A stretch of 64,000 nt of DNA. Origin: a virus. Lineage: Duplodnaviria > Caudoviricetes. The DNA is taken from IMG/VR virus record IMGVR_UViG_3300002220_000568, positions 1,660 to 65,659 of that record; one strand, written 5' to 3'. The notes beneath the pieces were generated by a model that did not search any database, was not told the origin of the DNA, and was given only the letters and a program-made list of their open reading frames with translations. This document shows positions 36,384 to 45,709 of this stretch, piece after piece. A program made the position numbers and the translations under genes. Every line of letters begins with the position of its first letter. Within the stretch, counting starts at the first letter, position 1.

Positions 36384-38147
36384 TTAGAAATCGGTATCTA
36401 CTGAATAATTCATAGGCCCATTTATTGTTTGAATTGTCCATCTTGCAGTATCATTTCCAGTATTTCCCCATAACTTTCGCTTTATTTCAACGTCTGCATT
36501 ATTTATAGCAGTAAGATTTGGATCTTGTTGATTCATTAAATTTAATTTTGGTCTAATTGTACTAGTAAACCAGTTGTTATATAGATCCTGGCCCTTTCTC
36601 TCATCATCGCCGCCTTGAAAATTTAAAACACTACCTTTTGCTGGTTTCCAAAATGCAGTATTTTTAAATAATGCATCAATTAATTCAGAAATTTCAATCG
36701 CTTTTTTATCATCTTCTGCAGTTCTAGTGAAATCACCGACTGCATACAATGTTACGTTTCGGTTAGTATCCATTGCCCATTTAATATCAAATATTGAATT
36801 GGGATCATTTTGTAGTAATTGAACTTTTACTGCGCCAGACATATTTCCTGAATCAATTGCAGTACCAATACCTCGCATTGCCGTATCCCATGCAAATTTA
36901 TATTGCCCGCCATTTACACCAGACTTTAATAGTTCAAGTTTACCTTCATTTATATGTTTGAATTTTAAAAGTTCAATATGTCTAGCATAGCTAAAATAGT
37001 TAAAAGCTAACATTTCGTTAATAGTAAAAGTTGCTCCGCCTGGAGTTTTTACCGAAATTGCACCAGGTTTAGGTTTTTGTTGCTGAGTAGCTGGTTGAGC
37101 TGGAGCATTAGCTATAGGTTGAGTTACTGGTTTAACAGATACTTTATCTAAATCTGCTTGTGTTAAACCGGTAAGTTTAGTAGTTAATGCATCTGCTGTC
37201 GCTTTATCAATTGTAGTCGTTGGTGGTTCTGGATTACCTTTTGTTAATAATGAAATTGCTCGACCTGTTGCGTCTCCAAACTTTCCATCCGCTCCGCCTT
37301 TTGCTGCAATAAAATCAGCTGCAGGTTTTACAGTTTGATCAACTGCACCTTTTGCTAAAATTCGTTTTTGTAGATCTTGGACAAGCGGATTAACACTAAG
37401 ACTCTTTGTTAAATTTTCATATGATCCAGTTTGTGTATTTGGTGCAAGTGTCGTAGTATTAGTTGTCGCGTTTGGCGCAAGTGTAGTAGTGTCAGTAGTT
37501 ACTACTGGATCTGGTATATTTGTTGAAATTGTACTGGCAGACTTTAAATTGAAACTTTGTTGTGCAGTAGGCGCTAATAATTCAGCCATTTGTGAATAAT
37601 CGTATAATTTAACTCCATCGACGGCAGTAGTCTCCTCAGTTATTACGATTTGACTAGTTGTTGGAAGCTTAGACAATTCTGATTCCTGAGTAGGCACTGG
37701 GAATGTTTGAATAGGCTGAACCTTATCCAAATTAGTAAAAATATTTATTGGATAAAAGGATAAAACCCCAGAAACTATAGTATTTCCAAGAGCGTTTGCT
37801 CTAGTTGGTTGAACATTCAAAAAACCTACCAACTCAGCATTAATCATTTTGTTTGCAATTCTATCAGTGATTAATGTTGCTATATGATTGAGCGATTCCT
37901 GTCTAACTAGTTGCTGATCAGCATTTTTAGTAACTATTTTAAATTCATATCGTACCTTTTCATTTGGTTCTTTAGGCTCAACGATAACAATTTTTATTCG
38001 TTTATTATCGTCTTTTGTTTTTAGGATAGTATCTTTTTCTCCTTTAATTTTAGTAACTTGCTTTTCTTTGATATTTTCAACATTATTAATTGGGGCAGTT
38101 ACAAGTTTAGAAAAGTCGTCAAAACTTTCAATTATGATTCCGTTCAT
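36384..38147 (-). CDS. Late virion protein with leader, Thr-rich linker and PG-binding-like domain
   Basis: MNGIIIESFDDF; TTTTLAPN repeats; VQDLQKRI...ADGKFGDATGRAI. Confidence 0.7.
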   Translation of the reverse strand: MNGIIIESFDDFSKLVTAPINNVENIKEKQVTKIKGEKDTILKTKDDNKRIKIVIVEPKEPNEKVRYEFKIVTKNADQQLVRQESLNHIATLITDRIANKMINAELVGFLNVQPTRANALGNTIVSGVLSFYPINIFTNLDKVQPIQTFPVPTQESELSKLPTTSQIVITEETTAVDGVKLYDYSQMAELLAPTAQQSFNLKSASTISTNIPDPVVTTDTTTLAPNATTNTTTLAPNTQTGSYENLTKSLSVNPLVQDLQKRILAKGAVDQTVKPAADFIAAKGGADGKFGDATGRAISLLTKGNPEPPTTTIDKATADALTTKLTGLTQADLDKVSVKPVTQPIANAPAQPATQQQKPKPGAISVKTPGGATFTINEMLAFNYFSYARHIELLKFKHINEGKLELLKSGVNGGQYKFAWDTAMRGIGTAIDSGNMSGAVKVQLLQNDPNSIFDIKWAMDTNRNVTLYAVGDFTRTAEDDKKAIEISELIDALFKNTAFWKPAKGSVLNFQGGDDERKGQDLYNNWFTSTIRPKLNLMNQQDPNLTAINNADVEIKRKLWGNTGNDTARWTIQTINGPMNYSVDTDF

Positions 38148-38229
38148 ATTGGTTTTTTATTTTTATGACATTATTGCGTTTGTTTATTTATTTTAGTTTC
38201 ACTACGGCTTTCCTAATAAATAAAGGTAT

Positions 38230-39345
38230 ATGAATAAGTACGTATTTGAATTTGCTCAGTATTCAGAGCAACCTTTAATCGAATCGACATTTGGTATACT
38301 TGGAGATACTGGTAAGCGTTCAAAATTTGGTGAACAAACTGGATATTTTAAAAGGCTATTAGAAAAAGCTTCTAAACTTGGGGTTGATGCATTTGTATTT
38401 ACTGATTTTTCAGATAATGGAGTTACCGCTTGGAAAATAAAAGACGGTAAATGGGTTGCTGAAAATAGAGGTTTGCCTAAAGTTTTTTATAATAGAAGTT
38501 TTAGAAGTAGACCATATGTTAAGGGCACTTCAAGTACGAAATATTTAGTTGAACGCGGCTGTATTCCGATAAATTCTGCTAATTTTAGAAAGGTTGCATT
38601 AGACAAACATTTAACTTATGAAAGTTTGAAAAATGAAGATCTTGGTGAAATGGGGTTACCATATACTGAAAAATATAGAGATAGTATCCTTGTAGAATTT
38701 TTACACAATCATCCATCTAGTATTTTAAAACCGAGATTTGGTTCTGGTGGAAAAGGTATAATGAAAATTACCAAGAATGGAAATTCGTATGATTTGCACT
38801 ATAAAGATAATCATATACATTGTCCAGAAGATCAATTAATTGAAAGAGTAAAATCTATTAGGCAAAAATTAAAAACTACTGATAGACTGTATATTATCCA
38901 AGAATGCATACAATTACCAAAATATCAAGATTCAGTTTTTGATATTCGCGTAATTTATCAAAAAGGAGCAAATGGCAAACCATTAAGAACTGGAATGGCT
39001 GCTAGAGTAGCTGCGCCAAATAGAATAACTGCAAATTTACATCAAGGAGGTGGAAAAGCACCATTAAGTTCAATACTTGAAACTTTATTTAATCAAAATA
39101 TGGAAGGTGCAATAGCTGAATCCATAAGAAACCATGCAAAAAAAGTATTTGATTTACTTGAAAATAAAGTAGGTCCAATTGGAGAAATTGGAATTGATTT
39201 TTTAATAGACCAAGGTGGGAAAGTTCATCTTATTGAAGTTAATTCAGTTCCAGGTAGAAATCTTTTTAAAATATTACCTGAAATACGAGAAGCTGCAATA
39301 CAAAGGCCTGTCGAATATGCAAAATTTCTTCTTGATAAAAAATAA
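38230..39345 (+). CDS. YheC/YheD-like ATP-grasp ligase
   Basis: ILKPRFGSGGKGI, YIIQECI, FDIRV, TANLHQGG, EIGIDF...LIEVNSVPG. Confidence 0.9.
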   Translation: MNKYVFEFAQYSEQPLIESTFGILGDTGKRSKFGEQTGYFKRLLEKASKLGVDAFVFTDFSDNGVTAWKIKDGKWVAENRGLPKVFYNRSFRSRPYVKGTSSTKYLVERGCIPINSANFRKVALDKHLTYESLKNEDLGEMGLPYTEKYRDSILVEFLHNHPSSILKPRFGSGGKGIMKITKNGNSYDLHYKDNHIHCPEDQLIERVKSIRQKLKTTDRLYIIQECIQLPKYQDSVFDIRVIYQKGANGKPLRTGMAARVAAPNRITANLHQGGGKAPLSSILETLFNQNMEGAIAESIRNHAKKVFDLLENKVGPIGEIGIDFLIDQGGKVHLIEVNSVPGRNLFKILPEIREAAIQRPVEYAKFLLDKK

Positions 39346-39369
39346 AAGGCAAGTAAATTACTTGCCTTT
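39345..39369. terminator. Bidirectional terminator
   Basis: aaaggcaagta-aat-tacttgccttt between converging genes. Confidence 0.8.
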
Positions 39370-39394
39370 AACTGTATTAATATAATGAATTTAC

Positions 39395-40069
39395 TTAATT
39401 CGTAGGCATGCTTTCTTCACTTGCAGACTGTTCGCTTGCAGACTGTTCGCTCTGTCTTTTTCGCATAGAATCAATTTGATCATCAAGGCTTCTCATTTGC
39501 ATTATAACTGGGTTTAATGCCATAGCAATACGAAAACTTCTTTGTGCTTGTTCCAAGCCAGAACCCTTATATCGATTAATAAAGAATGCACATGCTTCAA
39601 TGGCAGAAGCTTGAAGAACACAGGCTTTTGTATTTGGTGCAGATACTCCATCAGAAGATGGCACATCTGGCATAGTCATTCGAGAAAGAGCTCCAGTAAA
39701 ACCCATATAGCAATTCATAAGCATAAATGCCTCATTTGGTCCAGCAAATTCAAATTTACCTTGACATGCATTTTTTATCCATTTAGCGTCGTCTTTATCA
39801 AGATTAACTTCCCAAAAACCAGTACGTTTTTGAATTGCAATTTCAGTAGGGGTAAGTTCCTTTTGTAATTCTGGCGGGTTTACCTCGTCCATTGAACTAG
39901 TCGAATCGTCATTCTCCATTTCGACTACTGGCAAAGTATTTTCGGCGGTGTCATCATTTGAAGTATTCAGACTTTCATGAATAACTTCATCATTGATTTC
40001 TGGCGGAGATCCTTGAACTGAAGGGTCACTGTTTTCTAACAGTTGATCTGTAATAAGTGGTTTTTTCAT
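39395..40069 (-). CDS. Hypothetical protein with acidic N-terminus
   Basis: Start moved to ATG 40069 (MKKPLITDQ); GGTATAAT at 40096. Confidence 0.7.
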   Translation of the reverse strand: MKKPLITDQLLENSDPSVQGSPPEINDEVIHESLNTSNDDTAENTLPVVEMENDDSTSSMDEVNPPELQKELTPTEIAIQKRTGFWEVNLDKDDAKWIKNACQGKFEFAGPNEAFMLMNCYMGFTGALSRMTMPDVPSSDGVSAPNTKACVLQASAIEACAFFINRYKGSGLEQAQRSFRIAMALNPVIMQMRSLDDQIDSMRKRQSEQSASEQSASEESMPTN

Positions 40070-40128
40070 TATATTGAATTTAGTTTTATTAAACAATTAT
40101 ACCGATATAATGAATTAAAGTTTTAAAT

Positions 40129-40872
40129 TTATAGTAAATATGGGCATCTTTTGCTCATTTCTTCTCTATTTACATATTCGTTTAGAAACGGAATTATCAT
40201 ACTACTTTCAACATGATGCTTAAACCATTCTGGCATATGCCCGACATAGTTTTCATAAACAGTGAAATATAAGTTTGCAAGTTCAGGTTTATATAATTTG
40301 AAATTTTCCATAGCCATAAAAACTTGACCTCTTTTTTTCGTTGTTCCTATTCGTACTCTCATTAATTCAGTATTTAATGCACTGTACATAGATTCAGCAA
40401 TCTTCTGAAATGAATGCACAATAGGATGGCGATTTACATTCATAAGAATTGGTTTACCATCTATTAATTGTCTAACACTAAGAATTTTGCCTTCGTGAAT
40501 AACTACTTGATATTGATCTTCTATATTTGGCCGAACAAAATATAATGAGCCTTTTTGTATAGGTTCAGTATTTAATTTACGTCGAGTTGGGTATGTTCGT
40601 ATTTCGGAAATTGGCGAAATTACAGTAATTGGAGTTTGCATTTTACTTGCATGAAGTCTATTAGAAACAAACTTTGGTATGAATGGCTTCCCAGGTAAAC
40701 GATTAAATACTTGATATGTAGAAAAAGCATTTGGCGAAATTTTGATAACTACATCTGCCTTTCTATCACTAAATAGATCAGGCATATCATTTTGAGTATT
40801 TTCACCGACCAATCCTATTTTTTTAGTAAATGTTTCAATTGATGGTTGAAATGTGTCAAATGTTTTTATCAT
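40129..40872 (-). CDS. Possible degenerate RimK-like ATP-grasp protein
   Basis: YQVVIHEGKILSV...KIAESMYSALNTELMRVRI follows the RimK C-domain pattern but lacks the D and ExN residues; leader MIKTFDTF. Confidence 0.45.
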   Translation of the reverse strand: MIKTFDTFQPSIETFTKKIGLVGENTQNDMPDLFSDRKADVVIKISPNAFSTYQVFNRLPGKPFIPKFVSNRLHASKMQTPITVISPISEIRTYPTRRKLNTEPIQKGSLYFVRPNIEDQYQVVIHEGKILSVRQLIDGKPILMNVNRHPIVHSFQKIAESMYSALNTELMRVRIGTTKKRGQVFMAMENFKLYKPELANLYFTVYENYVGHMPEWFKHHVESSMIIPFLNEYVNREEMSKRCPYLL

Positions 40873-43229
40873 TTCGTTGTGATTAATTTTCCTATTTTAA
40901 ATATAGATTCGTTTGTATCAGTTGATGGCTGTTCAACATTAATAACCTCTGGTGGAATTGTATCAGTTTGCCAACTATTAATTACACGTTCACGTATTCT
41001 AATTTTTTGTTCTTCAGTTATTTCGCCAGCCTTTAGCATTTCATCTAGAGAAGCATCAAGTCTTTCCAATTTAGGTTCATTTGATATTTCTCCAGAATAA
41101 TTAACGATTGGTGAAAAATATGCTTTAATTACTGGATTTTCTTTAGAAATTGGATGTTGTGCATCGATATTTGAATCTTGGCCAATTGCATCTAATACGC
41201 CCTTAGAATAATTATTTAAGTTTGACTTTTTAAAGTCTTCGGGTGTTTTTAAATCTATTGAACCTCGATAGTTTTCTTGATATGCTTGGTTATTTATGTT
41301 AATTGCCGCACCGACTACTCCCTGTTTAGCAGTAATTACATCTGCGCATGGATTAATAGAATCAGTTTGCTGTTTAAATTTTTCAATTGCACTATTTGCT
41401 TCGCTTTCAGCAGTTTGATATTGCTGAAATGCAGCAGGGTCGGATGCCTTTAGTGCAGCTTTAGCCTTTTGTATTTCTGCTAAATCCATAGCATTGTCTT
41501 CCTGTTCATAAACCCTAGCTAGTATTTCAGCAACTTGTGACATTTGCGGAGAAAGTTTAGTTTGTACAGCCTGTTTAGTTAATTCAGTAACATCATCTGC
41601 TGAATCAGCTTTTTGAATATAGCGCCCGCATTCTGTACCCTTCAATGCAGCTTTTAACATAAAGATAGGTAAAGATTGCATAAGTTTGTACCATTTGGTT
41701 CCAGCCGTTCCTGCAAAATTTACAAAGGTCTTTGACCCATTTATTAGCGCTTCTGGTGCATTTTTAAATAAGGACATTGTTTTTGTAATATCTGGAGAAG
41801 TTTTAGAAATTAATTTGAAAAACTCAGGATCGTCCAGCATCTTTTTCATAACTTTACCTAATTCTTCTGGATTTCCTTTTTTTATTGCATTTGCCAACAT
41901 TTTATCTGCACCCTTCCATGTTTTGCCAGAGGCTAATGTTTGCATAACTTTTTTATTTCCAGTAATGCTCAATAATCCTACTTTTTTACTCATGATATTT
42001 TCAACTAATTGCTTAGAGGCATCATTAATTATAAAATTATCTTTTAATGTAGCATTCTTTACTGCTGGAAACATAGTATCAAACTTTGCACTGGATTTCT
42101 TTATTGCATTGACTGTTAAGTCATCTAATTTACCAAGACTTGATAATACCTTATTAGACGCAGCAACTCTTACAGCAGCCTGTGCTCCAGGATTTAAAGC
42201 TTTGCCAGTTTTAGAAATAGCTGTTCTATTTGCTGTAGCAACGGCAGCATTTCCAACTTTATCTACAGATTTGGTTAGAGTTTTTTTACCAGCCTTAGCA
42301 GTTGCCGCCGATAATAATATTTTACTAGCCTCATCTGCTTCTTTAGTAAAAATATTAAGTTTTGCAATAGATTGATCGAGAGCAGCTGTCATTTTTGGTA
42401 CAGCCGCATTTAGTTTAAAAGCACCAAACGTTAATTTATCAACAGCCTTTGCTAGAGTTGGAACTAATCCCTTTAGCATATTTAAACCAGTTTTTTGTAA
42501 CCATTTAGACATGCTGGCTAGCATACGACCTATTGATTTTACTATTGTTGGATTTGACGTAGCTTCTGCACTACCTTTAAATAAGAGAGCGCCAGCACGT
42601 CCACCGCCATGTTTAAATAGACTGCCAAATAGCAAACTTGCAGGTTTGGCAACTGCTTTAATTCCAATTTTTAATGGTGCAAAAATCTTAGCTAAATCAA
42701 AACATGCAATTAAGTTAATGACGCCCATTAGATAATTTTCCCTAATGAAATAAATTAATGCATTTAAACCATTAGCGACAATATCAACTGGAAAACCTAA
42801 CCATGAAGCAGGAACCAATCCGATTAAATCTAAAATAAAATGGAACACACCAATTGGTGAGCTATCTTCGGTCATTGCATTCCATGCAGATTTTAAAGTA
42901 GAGAGAACATTCTCATTTACTGCAATTAGCTCAGTTAAGGTTTTTTCGTATATTCCAAATTCTGTTAAAAGTACAGGATCATATTTCTTTAATAAAAGAA
43001 GATTTTCATTTATATTAATATGACTAAGGTGCTCATAGTTATCTAAAAGATATAATTGATGCGCTATATTTCTATCAACATTATCATTAGATACTGTTTC
43101 ATTTATTGGATAAATTAAATTAACAAATTTACTCGAAAGAGACTGCAATTCAAGTAGAGATTCTCTTATTGCTGTTAATTTTGGATCTTCTTGTACAAAA
43201 AATTCTCCTATTGATAATACGTGATTCAT
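40869..43229 (-). CDS. Large internal/ejection-protein candidate with a PT-TG-like domain
   Basis: MNHVLSIGEFFVQE; HFILDLIGLVP...DIVANGLNALIYF...YLMGVINLIA; A/K-rich helical region; TATAAATA at 43251. Confidence 0.65.
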   Translation of the reverse strand: MNHVLSIGEFFVQEDPKLTAIRESLLELQSLSSKFVNLIYPINETVSNDNVDRNIAHQLYLLDNYEHLSHININENLLLLKKYDPVLLTEFGIYEKTLTELIAVNENVLSTLKSAWNAMTEDSSPIGVFHFILDLIGLVPASWLGFPVDIVANGLNALIYFIRENYLMGVINLIACFDLAKIFAPLKIGIKAVAKPASLLFGSLFKHGGGRAGALLFKGSAEATSNPTIVKSIGRMLASMSKWLQKTGLNMLKGLVPTLAKAVDKLTFGAFKLNAAVPKMTAALDQSIAKLNIFTKEADEASKILLSAATAKAGKKTLTKSVDKVGNAAVATANRTAISKTGKALNPGAQAAVRVAASNKVLSSLGKLDDLTVNAIKKSSAKFDTMFPAVKNATLKDNFIINDASKQLVENIMSKKVGLLSITGNKKVMQTLASGKTWKGADKMLANAIKKGNPEELGKVMKKMLDDPEFFKLISKTSPDITKTMSLFKNAPEALINGSKTFVNFAGTAGTKWYKLMQSLPIFMLKAALKGTECGRYIQKADSADDVTELTKQAVQTKLSPQMSQVAEILARVYEQEDNAMDLAEIQKAKAALKASDPAAFQQYQTAESEANSAIEKFKQQTDSINPCADVITAKQGVVGAAININNQAYQENYRGSIDLKTPEDFKKSNLNNYSKGVLDAIGQDSNIDAQHPISKENPVIKAYFSPIVNYSGEISNEPKLERLDASLDEMLKAGEITEEQKIRIRERVINSWQTDTIPPEVINVEQPSTDTNESIFKIGKLITTK

Positions 43230-43271
43230 TTAATGATGAGTCATTTGTATTATTTATAGGAGAACTTATAG

Positions 43272-44339
43272 TTAAAGAGTACTTGCTATGCTATATAAAA
43301 TTTTCTGATAATCTGCAGGTGAACAATCAATTAAAAATTTACAAATTTCATAAAACTCATCAACTGAATTAAATGTCATTGCTGGGTGAAACCCACTTTT
43401 ATAACATACTGGTATAACTCCAGCGATAATAGATTCGTATATTCTAGCAGGAATAAAACCACGATCAAGATATAAATCTTTACTAACGTTTATAGACACT
43501 ATTGAATTACATAAATGTTGCCAAATCTTAGCACGGTCAGTTCTAGGAATTACTGTAACTAAATTCATACCTTTGGTACATTCTCGAATACTAGAAGTGT
43601 CCTTCGTTGCAAGTGTCATCCTAAATATACGCTGGTCAAACATAAATTGGTGTTCGACTTCATTAATAATATCAAAAATTATTGGATTTTTGTGATGCCC
43701 TGATTTATAATTCATGAAATCTAAATTTCCATAGAATATTATGTTTGCCTCTTTTGTAAGTTGATTTGCATGAATGTCTAAGCATTCATTAAGAAAATTT
43801 TTACTTACTCCAGGAAAATGAATAGATGGAATCATTACTTCAATGCCAATTTCATCTAACCTATTTTTAAAAGTATCGCTAAGAGATAAATCAGTATCTA
43901 AAACGATAATTTCACTTGGCAAATATCCAACAGACAGAGCATGCTGAATAAGTGTTTCGAATCGATATGTGTCTTTTAATTTTTTTGATAAGGTAGAAAG
44001 ATTTCGAAATCTAGCTTTGAAAAAAAGTTTTGAATATGTTTTATGAGAAATTTCAGCCCATACTTGATCATACGAAAGCCTATATTTTTCAATTAATTCA
44101 TTAGAATAATTATTCATTAACTGACCAATTTGTCCTTCTGGAAATTGAGGTCTAGAATAATGAGAAATATCATCCATTGTCGTATCTATTGGGCCATCTA
44201 AATAATTGTAAAAGTCAAATTTATCAATACCAAATACCTTTGATATTGAATCGAGTAAACCGACTTGATAAAAAGAATGACCTGGTATATCATCATCAAA
44301 TATTCCAATTTCTCCGAAATATGCGTATAGTGCTTTCAT
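43272..44339 (-). CDS. GT-B glycosyltransferase, T4 DNA beta-glucosyltransferase-like
   Basis: IIFYGNLDF..KSG and SIVSINVSKDLYLDRGFIPARIYESI parallel BGT segments IYGGSFRSG and AIAALIIGDKNYNDNFITLRVWETM; similar length. Confidence 0.65.
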   Translation of the reverse strand: MKALYAYFGEIGIFDDDIPGHSFYQVGLLDSISKVFGIDKFDFYNYLDGPIDTTMDDISHYSRPQFPEGQIGQLMNNYSNELIEKYRLSYDQVWAEISHKTYSKLFFKARFRNLSTLSKKLKDTYRFETLIQHALSVGYLPSEIIVLDTDLSLSDTFKNRLDEIGIEVMIPSIHFPGVSKNFLNECLDIHANQLTKEANIIFYGNLDFMNYKSGHHKNPIIFDIINEVEHQFMFDQRIFRMTLATKDTSSIRECTKGMNLVTVIPRTDRAKIWQHLCNSIVSINVSKDLYLDRGFIPARIYESIIAGVIPVCYKSGFHPAMTFNSVDEFYEICKFLIDCSPADYQKILYSIASTL

Positions 44340-44340
44340 A

Positions 44341-44577
44341 TCAGATTAACTTAAGATCTTTTAATATTGCTAAGTATTTTGCTTTTCGCAAGCGGCTTAC
44401 TGCTTCTGCTAATTTTTCTTCAAACTCCCGGTCTGTCCAATTTCCATACACAAGCATCCTATCTGCTGTAATAGGTACACTTGTGCCAATTTCACAATAA
44501 AGAAATGATAAACCTTCAGATTTTGCTGACAAAATCTTATCTCTAAGAGTTAGTTCTTCATGAAACTTATATCCCAT
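44341..44577 (-). CDS. Small hypothetical protein in the FkbM-GT operon
   Basis: Start moved to ATG 44577 (MGYKFHEEL), 78 aa. Confidence 0.55.
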   Translation of the reverse strand: MGYKFHEELTLRDKILSAKSEGLSFLYCEIGTSVPITADRMLVYGNWTDREFEEKLAEAVSRLRKAKYLAILKDLKLI

Positions 44578-44587
44578 ATTTGTAATA

Positions 44588-45382
44588 TTATAATTTAACT
44601 GCTGCGAAATGTGTAATAAAATGTTTGCTACTTGCAGCCAGAGCATTTACATAAATTCTATCAAAATTATTTCTCATTATTTGCATAATTTCTTCGAATT
44701 TTTCTTCTCTGTTTTTAGAAAGGTGAGTGTAATGAAAGTGATATTCGATAATGGCAATGCGTATGTTAGACCAATCTCTAACTGCTTTAATGAGGTCATA
44801 TTCTAAACCTTCAACGTCCATTTTTAAACACGTTCCTTTACTAATCGCTACATTTATATTCTCTGCCGAAACTGTAGTAATTTGTCGTTTGTTAATATGA
44901 AGAGTACTATGTTTTCCAGAATCAGTAGATAGATACAAATTAGTTTCAGTATCATCATTTGGAACCAATGCTTTTTCTACTATTTCGCATCGATCTGCTA
45001 CGTTATTTAGTATTAGATTTGCCTTTGCAAATTCAATATTCGCTGGGAAAGGTTCATACGCTATAACTTTTTGAATTCTAGGAAATTGAGTTAACATGCG
45101 AGTTGCAAATAGCCCAATATGAGCACCGGCATCTATCCAAATATCTTCTTTATTTAGGTCTTCTAAAGATAAGGATGGGAAACCGTGCCGGTATTTTTCT
45201 GCAAATAATGGACTAAAATATTCACCGCCAGTTGGCTTAACCGACACATTTTGATAAACATTCAAATCTATTTCCGATTGCGATCTTACTAGAAATTGAT
45301 ATTCATGATATTTGGTCTTCTTTGTAATAAGACGTAATGTTCCAGCAGTTCTAGCTTCTTCAATTGTACACAGTACTGACAT
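44588..45382 (-). CDS. FkbM-family SAM-dependent methyltransferase
   Basis: WIDAGAHIGLFA, IAYEP, LKMDVEGLE. Confidence 0.9.
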   Translation of the reverse strand: MSVLCTIEEARTAGTLRLITKKTKYHEYQFLVRSQSEIDLNVYQNVSVKPTGGEYFSPLFAEKYRHGFPSLSLEDLNKEDIWIDAGAHIGLFATRMLTQFPRIQKVIAYEPFPANIEFAKANLILNNVADRCEIVEKALVPNDDTETNLYLSTDSGKHSTLHINKRQITTVSAENINVAISKGTCLKMDVEGLEYDLIKAVRDWSNIRIAIIEYHFHYTHLSKNREEKFEEIMQIMRNNFDRIYVNALAASSKHFITHFAAVKL

Positions 45383-45412
45383 AGTTTGTATTTTTAACTA
45401 TTATACTATGCT

Positions 45413-45709
45413 TTACTTATCCTGGTTTAAATCAAATGGCGTATCTTTAATATTAATCTCAGATTGATTTTCTGGATTAACACCAGAGTCTTGATACATA
45501 GAATCTTTTGGTTTTTCCAATTTTTCAATATCTTTGCCTTTTACTGGAATTGACCTATTATCAACGGTCATAATCTGATAAGAATTATTCATTGGATCAA
45601 CACCAATGATTACACCAGATTTGCCATTTTTAAGAATTATACGCTGCCCTGCAGTATATTTGGAAGTTCGTGGGTGAACGAGGGTTATATCCTCAGCTTC
45701 ATTTAAACT
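45413..45709 (-). CDS. Start-less 98-codon -1-frame extension of 45703-47241 (SH3/KOW-like)
   Basis: Hand-checked open frame SLNEAEDITLVHPRTSKYTAGQRIILKNGKSGVIIGVDPMNNSYQIMTVD...LNQDK*, joined at an A9 run. Confidence 0.7.
   Translation of the reverse strand, partial: SLNEAEDITLVHPRTSKYTAGQRIILKNGKSGVIIGVDPMNNSYQIMTVDNRSIPVKGKDIEKLEKPKDSMYQDSGVNPENQSEINIKDTPFDLNQDK

Noticed and set aside
39415-39450. 15-bp tandem repeat; also TTTTLAPN repeats near 37440-37490
   Set aside because: In-frame low-complexity coding repeats (SEQSA) in linker or tail regions.
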